Below are positions 39,944 to 47,018 of a DNA stretch of 47,018 bases, one piece after another. The number at the start of each line of letters is the position of its first letter. The first letter of the stretch is position 1. The DNA comes from an uncultured Yoonia sp. (GTDB lineage Bacteria > Pseudomonadota > Alphaproteobacteria > Rhodobacterales > Rhodobacteraceae), in NCBI GenBank assembly GCA_965364065.1, contig CBDTVI010000001.1:1-47018 (forward strand). Reading direction: 5' to 3'. The position numbers and the translations under genes were made by a program. The notes under the pieces are model-generated. The model was not told the DNA's origin. It made no database searches and saw only the letters and a program-made list of their open reading frames with translations.

Positions 39944-40701
39944 TATACAGCCCCCGCTTCTTTGAGTTTCTCGACAAGTTCATCAACCGAACCAACAATG
40001 ATACCGGCTTTGCGTGTCTCTGGTTCGGTGGTGGTCACAACCTGCAGGCGCGGTGTGACGTCAACGCCGTAATCGGCGGGCGTTTTTTCGTCCATAGGCT
40101 TTTTCTTGGCCTTCATGATGTTTGGTAGGGACGCGTAACGCGGGTCATTCAGGCGCAAATCAACAGTGATGATTGTCGGCATCTTGACCTTGATCGTCTG
40201 CAATCCGCCGTCAACTTCGCGGGTGACAGTCGCATGGTCGCCGTCGATGTCGACCTCGGATGCGAATGTCGCTTGCGACCACCCCAGCAGAGCAGACGTC
40301 ATCTGGCCCGTGGCGTTCATATCGTTGTCGATCGCTTGCTTGCCGCAAAGAACCAAACCTGGCTCTTCTTCTTTTACAATTGCTGCAATGATCTTGGCGA
40401 CAGCCAACGGTTCAATGTCGTTGTGCACATCGTCGGTTGCGACAACCAAAATTGCGCGGTCAGCGCCCATCGCAAGGGCGGTGCGCAGCGTTTCTTGGCT
40501 TTGCTTGACGCCAACGGAAACGGCGATCACTTCGTCGACTTTGCCGGCTTCGCGCAGGCGGATCGCCTCTTCGACGGCGATTTCGTCGAATGGGTTCATC
40601 GACATTTTGACGTTTGCAAGATCGACACCGGAGCCGTCCGCTTTGACACGAACCTTCACGTTGTAGTCGATCACGCGCTTGACGGGTACGAGTACCTTCA
40701 T
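39943..40701 (-). CDS. etfB: Electron transfer flavoprotein beta subunit
   Basis: [34 protein letters not shown] and [14 protein letters not shown]. Confidence 0.97.
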   Translation of the reverse strand: MKVLVPVKRVIDYNVKVRVKADGSGVDLANVKMSMNPFDEIAVEEAIRLREAGKVDEVIAVSVGVKQSQETLRTALAMGADRAILVVATDDVHNDIEPLAVAKIIAAIVKEEEPGLVLCGKQAIDNDMNATGQMTSALLGWSQATFASEVDIDGDHATVTREVDGGLQTIKVKMPTIITVDLRLNDPRYASLPNIMKAKKKPMDEKTPADYGVDVTPRLQVVTTTEPETRKAGIIVGSVDELVEKLKEAGAV

Positions 40702-40815
40702 CTGCGTTCTTCTCCTCAGAATCTGACCAATTTTCTTCTTGGGATGTTGTTAGCCTGCGTGGCCGCCCGAAAACAGTGCAAAATCGACGCGAGAGTGGTC
40801 ACCGACGCCACGTTC

Positions 40816-40831
40816 TTGACGTGCACGTCAG
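40816..40831. promoter_or_regulatory. LiuR-like (MerR family) operator candidate upstream of etfB
   Basis: Perfect 14-bp palindrome TGACGTGCACGTCA (40817-40830) about 115 bp upstream of the etfB start. Confidence 0.6.
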
Positions 40832-40866
40832 GTGCGCGGTGAAAGGTGTGTCAAAACCCACGCTGT

Positions 40867-41439
40867 TTAGCGGTTTGCACCCGGCACCCAAAGAACGTCG
40901 TTCTTGCCGTTATCATTGGCGATCCGTGCGGCCTGAAAGCACCAATCCGACAAGCGGTTCAGGTATTTCACCGCCGCAGGATTTACGGATTCCATTGTCG
41001 CGAGTTCCACCGTCAAACGCTCTGCACGGCGCGACACTGTCCGACAGATATGCAGATGTGCAGCCAAAGCTGACCCACCAGGCAGAATGAAGCTGCGCAG
41101 CGGTTCCACCATCTTGGTCATCGCATCAATTTGCGTTTCAAGCCGTTCAACTTGTGCGTCGGTCATGCGCAGTACTGGGTATTCGGCCTCGCCGTCTTTT
41201 TCCATGTCAGGGCGGCATAGGTCCGCACCCAAATCAAACAGGTCATTCTGGATCATCGCCAATTGCGCATCCATTTCGCCGGTCGCGTGCAGGCGTGCCA
41301 TGCCGACTGTTGAGTTTGTTTCGTCCACTGTGCCGTACGACGTCACCCGCATAGAGTGCTTGGCGACGCGGCTGCCATTGCCCAGTGCGGTTTCGCCAGA
41401 GTCACCGGTTTTTGTGTAAATTTTGTTCAGAACTACCAT
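40867..41439 (-). CDS. ATP:cob(I)alamin adenosyltransferase, PduO type
   Basis: KIYTKTGDSGET, YGTVDETNS, QNDLFDLGADL, FILPGGS, RRAER and YLNRLSD. Confidence 0.95.
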   Translation of the reverse strand: MVVLNKIYTKTGDSGETALGNGSRVAKHSMRVTSYGTVDETNSTVGMARLHATGEMDAQLAMIQNDLFDLGADLCRPDMEKDGEAEYPVLRMTDAQVERLETQIDAMTKMVEPLRSFILPGGSALAAHLHICRTVSRRAERLTVELATMESVNPAAVKYLNRLSDWCFQAARIANDNGKNDVLWVPGANR

Positions 41440-41443
41440 CGGG

Positions 41444-41650
41444 TCAGCTTCCTTCGCCGCGCAAATATACAAACAGCAGAATTAAAGCGACTGCTACGAA
41501 CTGTGCACCGATACGCCAGCGCATGATCTTATTGGCGTACTTGCGATTCCATTCGCCGCCCTTCCCGAAAGACCCGATACCAAGCATCAGAATGCCCAGC
41601 ACAATCAATACGGCTACCGCGATGAGCCAGAAAAGTGGATCGTTTGCCAT
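41444..41650 (-). CDS. Twin transmembrane helix small protein (HIG1 domain)
   Basis: Two TM helices flanking NKIMRWRIGAQ, the HIG1-type motif. Confidence 0.88.
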   Translation of the reverse strand: MANDPLFWLIAVAVLIVLGILMLGIGSFGKGGEWNRKYANKIMRWRIGAQFVAVALILLFVYLRGEGS

Positions 41651-41710
41651 GATTTGCGTCCTTTTATCTTGTTGGAATAGATGTAGTGGGTTCAGCGTCG
41701 AAGAAAACCC

Positions 41711-42538
41711 TCAGATCCGTGAAATTAGCGCATCAAGCCAGCGTGTGGGTAATATACGGCGCAAAATACCCGCGACGTATGTCGGGAACGTCACGTAGTA
41801 GCGCGGCTTTGGGTTTTTTGCCGTCAGTGCGCGCAAAAGTTTTTTTGTCACAGCTGCGGCAGGCAATTCGAACTGGTCGGGCCCGCGTTCTTCATAAAGG
41901 CGGTCCTGTACGTCCTTGTACATTTCACGACGCGCGGAATTTTCCCAATCGATCCACTTTTCGAAATGGGGAATCGCATTTTGGCGGATTTTTGATGTCA
42001 CAGGGCCGGGTTCAATCAAAATAACCTTGATCGGAGTATCGCGCATCTCGATGCGCAGCACATCCGTCAGCCCTTCAAGCGCGAATTTTGACGCGACATA
42101 GGCCCCGCGCCATTTTAATCCAACAAACCCAAGCACAGAAGAACAGTTTATGATCCGGCCGTGCCCTTGCCTGCGCATCACGGGGATCACAAGCCGCGTC
42201 AGTTCATGCCACCCGAAAACATTGACTTCAAAGATTTCGCGCAGCGCGCCAACGGGTAAATCTTCGATCGCGCCGGGGCATGCAAAGGCGCCGTTGTTGT
42301 AAAGCGCGTCGAGTGTGCCGCCTGTAGCCTCAAGTGTTTCGGCCAAGCCGTTCACAATTGTTTCTGCGTTGGCATAATCGATCAGGGGGCTTTCAAATCC
42401 TTCTGCTTGCAAGCGCGCGCAGTCTTCGGATTTGCGACAACTTGCGAAAACGCGCCATCCGGCGGCGCGAAGGCCATGTGCAGCATCAAGGCCAATTCCG
42501 GAAGATGATCCGGTGATGAGGATAGATTTCTGTGTCAT
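41711..42538 (-). CDS. Short-chain dehydrogenase/reductase (YbbO-like)
   Basis: TGSSSGIG, NNGA, YVASKFALEG and IEPGP. Confidence 0.92.
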   Translation of the reverse strand: MTQKSILITGSSSGIGLDAAHGLRAAGWRVFASCRKSEDCARLQAEGFESPLIDYANAETIVNGLAETLEATGGTLDALYNNGAFACPGAIEDLPVGALREIFEVNVFGWHELTRLVIPVMRRQGHGRIINCSSVLGFVGLKWRGAYVASKFALEGLTDVLRIEMRDTPIKVILIEPGPVTSKIRQNAIPHFEKWIDWENSARREMYKDVQDRLYEERGPDQFELPAAAVTKKLLRALTAKNPKPRYYVTFPTYVAGILRRILPTRWLDALISRI

Positions 42539-42578
42539 ACCGCTTCTTTTGCATCAAGCAAAGCAGCAAGCAAGGGCA

Positions 42579-43073
42579 TTAGCCCTCTGACAACAGCCGT
42601 GTCGCCATCCAGCCCGTTTGTCCGCTTTTGGTCAGGCGGATTTGCGCCCACCCATCGTCATTCAAACTAATCACTTCGGCGGATATCCCACGCGTGATCG
42701 TGTCAATCACAGGGTCAGTTGTACTTGGACCAGTTCGTAGGTTGACGCGGTTTGCCGCCACATAGCGCAGATCAATTGTCGGTGGTGTTGGTGCAATAGC
42801 AGCGACAGGCGCTTCGACAGTGGCAACCGACAATGGCGCTGCATCTTCTGTGGTGCCGGTATCCAGCGGCGACGTCACAATCGGCGTATAGGATGCGTTT
42901 ACTACGAATTCGGCGTCGGCTGACGGCTGGACGCTTGTCTTGCTACGCGAATTTTGGGCGAACGGCGCCTGCGAGGTGACGACCCGTTCACGCGGCGTAA
43001 AGTCACTGCCACCAGACATTTCATAAAAGACCCAGAACAACATAAAGCAACTGAATGTGATTAGCTTTGGCAT
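42579..43073 (-). CDS. Membrane-anchored bacterial SH3 domain protein
   Basis: N-terminal hydrophobic segment followed by YEMSGGSDF, Pro/Thr/Ala linker and C-terminal SH3b (VNLRTGPST..GWAQI..GWMA). Start trimmed to 43073 to avoid overlap with parC. Confidence 0.82.
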   Translation of the reverse strand: MPKLITFSCFMLFWVFYEMSGGSDFTPRERVVTSQAPFAQNSRSKTSVQPSADAEFVVNASYTPIVTSPLDTGTTEDAAPLSVATVEAPVAAIAPTPPTIDLRYVAANRVNLRTGPSTTDPVIDTITRGISAEVISLNDDGWAQIRLTKSGQTGWMATRLLSEG

Positions 43074-43205
43074 AAAGGTGTCCCCCCGGACAAACAAAGA
43101 ACTCGTTAACAATCGAACATCTGCCTTAGACAATGTGACCGTTAGGAATGAACGGGGAATATTCGCCGCTTTACGCCACAAATGAGGACCGCTAAACCGG
43201 ACAAC

Positions 43206-45548
43206 ATGAGTGATGATAGTGACACCGGCCTTGGCCCAAACGACGTAACCGAAACGCTGCGGCGCGCGATTGGCGACCGCTATCTGACCTATGCGCTGTC
43301 CACAATTATGCACCGCGCGCTGCCCGATGCACGTGATGGTCTGAAACCTGTGCATCGCCGCATCCTTTACGCGATGTCGCGGTTGCGCCTGTCACCAACC
43401 GGCGGATTTCTGAAGTCTGCCAAGATCAGCGGTGACACGATGGGTGATTTTCACCCGCACGGTGATGCCGCGATTTACGACGCGATGGCGCGATTGGCGC
43501 AGGATTTCAACGTCCGCTACCCGCTGGTGGATGGCCAAGGCAACTTTGGCAATATTGACGGCGATAACCCTGCTGCGTCGCGTTACACCGAGGCACGGAT
43601 GACCGCCGCCGCCGAGGCATTGCTTGAAGGTTTGGCCGAAGATTCCGTTGATTTTCGCGACAACTATGATGGTCGCCTGACCGAACCAACGGTTTTGCCC
43701 GCAACCTTCCCGAACCTGTTGGCAAACGGGTCCACCGGAATTGCGGTTGGTATGGCGACGAATATCCCGCCCCATAACCTGCACGAACTTATCGACGCCT
43801 GTCTGTATATGATCAAATCGCCGGACGCGCGCGATGATACATTGCTTAACTACATTCCCGGCCCTGATTTCCCAACCGGCGGCACAATCGTTGAACCACC
43901 CGAAAATATCGCCGAAGCCTACCGCACTGGCCGCGGTTCTTTTCGGCTGCGCGCGAAATGGGAGATCGAGGATCTGGGTCGCGGCACGTGGCAGATTGTC
44001 GTCACTGAAATTCCCTATCAGGTGCAGAAATCCAAGCTGATTGAAAAATTGGCTGAGGTCATTCAGCTTAAGAAGGTTCCTTTGCTTGCCGATGTGCGCG
44101 ACGAAAGCGCCGAAGATGTACGCGTTGTTCTTGAACCCCGCGCCAAGACTGTCGACCCCGAAGTCCTAATGGGTATGTTGTTCCGCAATTCCGATCTGGA
44201 AACGCGGTTCAGCCTGAATATGAACGTGCTGATCGACGGGCTGACCCCAAAGGTCTGTTCCCTCAAAGAGGTCCTGCGCGCCTTTCTTGATCACCGCCGC
44301 GAGGTTCTGACCCGCCGTAGCAAATTCCGTCTGGAAAAGATCGACCACCGACTTGAGGTGCTTGAAGGCTTTATTATCGCGTTCCTGCATCTGGACCGTG
44401 TGATCGATATCATTCGTTATGATGACGATCCAAAGCGGGCTTTGATGATCGAAGACTGGGCCAAGGATCACATCCGCGCTACGTCAGAGGCTGATTATAT
44501 CTCGCCAATCGTGGCCGGTGCTGATCCAGAGGTGTCACTGTCCGAAGTACAGGCCGAAGCGATCCTGAATATGCGATTGCGCAGTTTGCGCCGCTTGGAA
44601 GAGTTGGAATTGGTCGCCGAACGCGATGCTTTGATGGCAGAGCGGGCAGGCATTGAGGACTTGCTGGAAAGCGATGATCTACAATGGGCGAAAATCGCTG
44701 AGCAGTTGCGCGAGACCCGCAAGATTTTCGGGCGTGACAGTCCAGGTGGCGCGCGCCGGACGCAGTTTGCCGAAGCTGCCGAGATCGTCGACGTGCCGAT
44801 CGAAGCGATGATCGAGCGCGAACCGATTACTGTCGTGTGTTCTGAAATGGGCTGGGTCCGCGCGATGACCGGTCATATCGATCTGACGCGTGAATTGAAG
44901 TTCAAAGACGGCGATGCGCCGCGCTTTATTTTCCACGCTGAAACCACCGACAAGCTGTTGGTCTTTGGCGCAAATGGCCGGTTTTATACTGTTGGGACCG
45001 TCAACCTGCCCGGCGGGCGCGGCATGGGCGAGCCACTTCGCTTGATGATTGATTTGCCCAACGAAGTTGAAATCGTTGATATGTTGATCCACACGCCCGG
45101 CCAAAAATTGTTGGTGGCCTCTGCCGAGGGCAATGGTTTCATTGTGCCAGAAGTGGATGTCGTGGCCCAAACGCGGTCAGGCAAACAGGTGCTCAACGTC
45201 AAAGACACTGTCGCCAAGGTCTGTCACAGGATCGCAGGAGATCACGTCGCTGTGGTGTCCGAGAACGCCAAACTGCTGGTGTTTGATGTCAGCGAGCTGC
45301 CAGAAATGGGTCGCGGCAAGGGCGTGCGCATCCAGAAATATAAGAAAGCACCGGGGCGTCAGGGCACGCTTGAATTGGACGGTGGATTGTCTGATTTGAC
45401 GACGTTCCAGTGGGACGCAGGCCTATCATGGCAAATGGGTGGGGGTAAAACCCGCACTGAACCTGATATGTCCGATTGGAAAGCGGCACGCGCAGGTGTT
45501 GGCAAACGCCCGCCTTACGGTTTCCCTAAGAACAACGAATTCAATTAA
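43206..45548 (+). CDS. parC: DNA topoisomerase IV subunit A
   Basis: YALSTIMHRALPDARDGLKPVHRRIL, HPHGDAAIY, AASRYTE active-site Tyr and a C-terminal beta-pinwheel with no evident GyrA box. Confidence 0.95.
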   Translation: MSDDSDTGLGPNDVTETLRRAIGDRYLTYALSTIMHRALPDARDGLKPVHRRILYAMSRLRLSPTGGFLKSAKISGDTMGDFHPHGDAAIYDAMARLAQDFNVRYPLVDGQGNFGNIDGDNPAASRYTEARMTAAAEALLEGLAEDSVDFRDNYDGRLTEPTVLPATFPNLLANGSTGIAVGMATNIPPHNLHELIDACLYMIKSPDARDDTLLNYIPGPDFPTGGTIVEPPENIAEAYRTGRGSFRLRAKWEIEDLGRGTWQIVVTEIPYQVQKSKLIEKLAEVIQLKKVPLLADVRDESAEDVRVVLEPRAKTVDPEVLMGMLFRNSDLETRFSLNMNVLIDGLTPKVCSLKEVLRAFLDHRREVLTRRSKFRLEKIDHRLEVLEGFIIAFLHLDRVIDIIRYDDDPKRALMIEDWAKDHIRATSEADYISPIVAGADPEVSLSEVQAEAILNMRLRSLRRLEELELVAERDALMAERAGIEDLLESDDLQWAKIAEQLRETRKIFGRDSPGGARRTQFAEAAEIVDVPIEAMIEREPITVVCSEMGWVRAMTGHIDLTRELKFKDGDAPRFIFHAETTDKLLVFGANGRFYTVGTVNLPGGRGMGEPLRLMIDLPNEVEIVDMLIHTPGQKLLVASAEGNGFIVPEVDVVAQTRSGKQVLNVKDTVAKVCHRIAGDHVAVVSENAKLLVFDVSELPEMGRGKGVRIQKYKKAPGRQGTLELDGGLSDLTTFQWDAGLSWQMGGGKTRTEPDMSDWKAARAGVGKRPPYGFPKNNEFN

Positions 45549-45583
45549 CTACACTCGCGCAACCGGATGCGCGGACGGGTTCT

Positions 45584-46243
45584 TTAAAAGCTATAGCTGA
45601 CCCCGATATTCAGCGCGTTCGTGACCAGCTGTGTTTCCAAGGAACCGCCGTTATCAAGGTCCATCTTATGAAAAGACACGGTATTTTGGTATTCGCCAAA
45701 CACGCCCCACGTTGTATTAATGGCGTATTTCGCACCAGCGGTGAGGCGCAGCGCGCCACCGGTCATTTGATATCCGAATGTTGAACCACCAGCTGAACTA
45801 ACCTCAACATGGGGAATGGCAATTCCAACTCCAGCGCCAACGTACGGCGTCAGCGCCCCCATCTGATTGGGCCACCGACGATATGCGTTAACTGTCAGAA
45901 TATTGACGCCATCGGTCAACTCTAGTGTATCAAAGCCACTCTCGATCTGGGTTTCCTTGTCAGAATAGACCTTGGAATGCGTGAACTCGGCGCCCCAGCC
46001 GAAAGTTTCGCTTTGCCAGCGTGTTGCGCGCAAGCCGTAATAGATCGGGGCTTCAAATGAGCGGCCCTCCCATTTGGCTGTGAAATCAGGGTTCACATCC
46101 ACGCTATTTCCTGGATCGGTGCCTGTTACAACACTATGGGGCGATGACTGACCGCCAAAGTAAAAGGCCAATTCCATCTCTGCCAGTGCAGGTGTCGCAA
46201 AAAGAATGAAACCGGCGATTGCGGCGGAAAATCTATGTGCCAT
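45584..46243 (-). CDS. Outer-membrane beta-barrel protein, lipid A oxidase LpxQ-like
   Basis: Signal peptide, WEGRSFEAPIYYGLR, EFTHSKVY, LELTDGVN, PYVGAGVGIAIPHVE and terminal Phe (VSYSF). Confidence 0.75.
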   Translation of the reverse strand: MAHRFSAAIAGFILFATPALAEMELAFYFGGQSSPHSVVTGTDPGNSVDVNPDFTAKWEGRSFEAPIYYGLRATRWQSETFGWGAEFTHSKVYSDKETQIESGFDTLELTDGVNILTVNAYRRWPNQMGALTPYVGAGVGIAIPHVEVSSAGGSTFGYQMTGGALRLTAGAKYAINTTWGVFGEYQNTVSFHKMDLDNGGSLETQLVTNALNIGVSYSF

Positions 46244-46372
46244 CTATGTGTCTCTTTCAAATTGCGGGGTGCTATGGTTGTCTGAGGTTGAGAATCTGAG
46301 TGAGGTATCGCGTAAATATTTGGGCTCATCAAGTGTTTTGGTTGCCGCTACAAATGCTGCAGCTGGGCCTAA

Positions 46373-46744
46373 CTAACGATGTTGATCCACTAAGATTGGA
46401 TTGCCATCCGGGTCCATCACAACAAAGCTGCCAGGCCCTGACGTGGTTTCATCCGCTTCGCTGACGAATGGAACGCCATCCGCCTTAAGCCGTTTTTGGA
46501 TGTCTCGCACATCTTCGAAGTCATCAAGGTTTTGCGCGTTTTGATCCCATCCCGGATTGAACGTCAGCGTGTTGGCTTGCAGCATGCCGGAAAACAGACC
46601 GATGATCGTGTCTTCGTTGCGCAAGATCAACCAGCCTTGTGTCGCGTCCCCGCCAAAAGTTTCAAATCCAAATTTGGCGTAGAATGCCTGTGAGGCATCG
46701 ATGTCTTTGACATTCAGGCTTACTGAAAATGCACCAAGTTTCAT
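46373..46744 (-). CDS. VOC (glyoxalase/bleomycin resistance) family protein
   Basis: MKLGAFSVSLNVKD..SQAFY and DPDGNPILVDQH. AGGAG RBS precedes the ATG at 46744. Confidence 0.88.
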   Translation of the reverse strand: MKLGAFSVSLNVKDIDASQAFYAKFGFETFGGDATQGWLILRNEDTIIGLFSGMLQANTLTFNPGWDQNAQNLDDFEDVRDIQKRLKADGVPFVSEADETTSGPGSFVVMDPDGNPILVDQHR

Positions 46745-46878
46745 TGCGCTCTCCTTTGTCCGAGGGGTGTTGCCATCATCTTTCGTCGTTGCGCACATTA
46801 TCATGGGACGCCAAATCGGCAAAATCGCCAAAGTTTGCGGAAAAATCTTTTTGGAGCGATCTTGGGGCATGTGAAGGC

Positions 46879-46907
46879 TTGATTTCCTCCTCGTTTCCCA
46901 ATAAATC
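46879..46907 (+). promoter_or_regulatory. Putative sigma70 promoter of tuf
   Basis: TTGATT-N17-TAAATC, the same architecture as the rpoZ promoter candidate. Confidence 0.5.
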
Positions 46908-46963
46908 GCCTGCGATGTTGGACTGGGCCACACTTGGCCCCTCAAAATTAAGGGCCCTGCAAA

Positions 46964-47018
46964 ATGGCAAAGGCAAAGTTTGAACGTAATAAGCCGCACG
47001 TAAACATTGGCACAATCG
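46964..47018 (+). CDS. tuf: Elongation factor Tu (5' fragment, runs off the window)
   Basis: Translates MAKAKFERNKPHVNIGTI, the EF-Tu N-terminus; too short to appear in the ORF track. Confidence 0.93.
   Translation, partial: MAKAKFERNKPHVNIGTI

Noticed and set aside
1..47018. CRISPR arrays, tRNA/rRNA genes, IS transposases, integrases, prophage or defence operons, and a dif site near ftsK/parC
   Set aside because: None was recognised by eye: no regularly spaced direct repeats, no cloverleaf-like intergenic segments, and all long ORFs are assigned to other families. Small ncRNAs could be missed without an Infernal/Rfam scan.

Overview
Mostly core chromosomal DNA from a Rhodobacteraceae (Roseobacter-group-like) alphaproteobacterium; the taxonomy is inferred from gene order and protein style. 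About 44 genes are supported, in this order: UbiH/UbiL-family hydroxylase, amidase, DapC-like aminotransferase, ftsK, an orphan NIT-domain chemoreceptor, rpsU, COQ9, quinone oxidoreductase, a coupled minus-strand ispH-lysE-DUF3429-MTase-rnhA-hydrolase-RraA chain, NYN protein, folK-rpoZ-rsh-DUF2062-pdxJ-acpS-lepB-rnc-era-DUF1491-recO, an extended SDR, mcd, tauE-family exporter, pckA, chvI-chvG-hprK-rapZ-EIIA-HPr-acyltransferase (probable salA), hbd, DUF6473, etfAB, pduO-type ATR, HIG1 protein, SDR, SH3 protein, parC, LpxQ-like barrel, VOC protein and the 5' end of tuf. I saw no rRNA, tRNA, CRISPR array, transposase, integrase or prophage gene, and I cannot claim a complete new system. The best leads are three. 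(1) An AT-rich cassette-like unit at 38-820, with a frameshifted ORF missed by the ORF track, bracketed by related degenerate palindromes. (2) A 181-bp inverted-repeat element in front of recO that can fold into mutually exclusive RNA structures. (3) An orphan nitrate/nitrite-type chemoreceptor in the position where lolA usually follows ftsK. Candidate LiuR- and CceR-type operators are also visible. All product calls are from motif and family recognition, without database searches.
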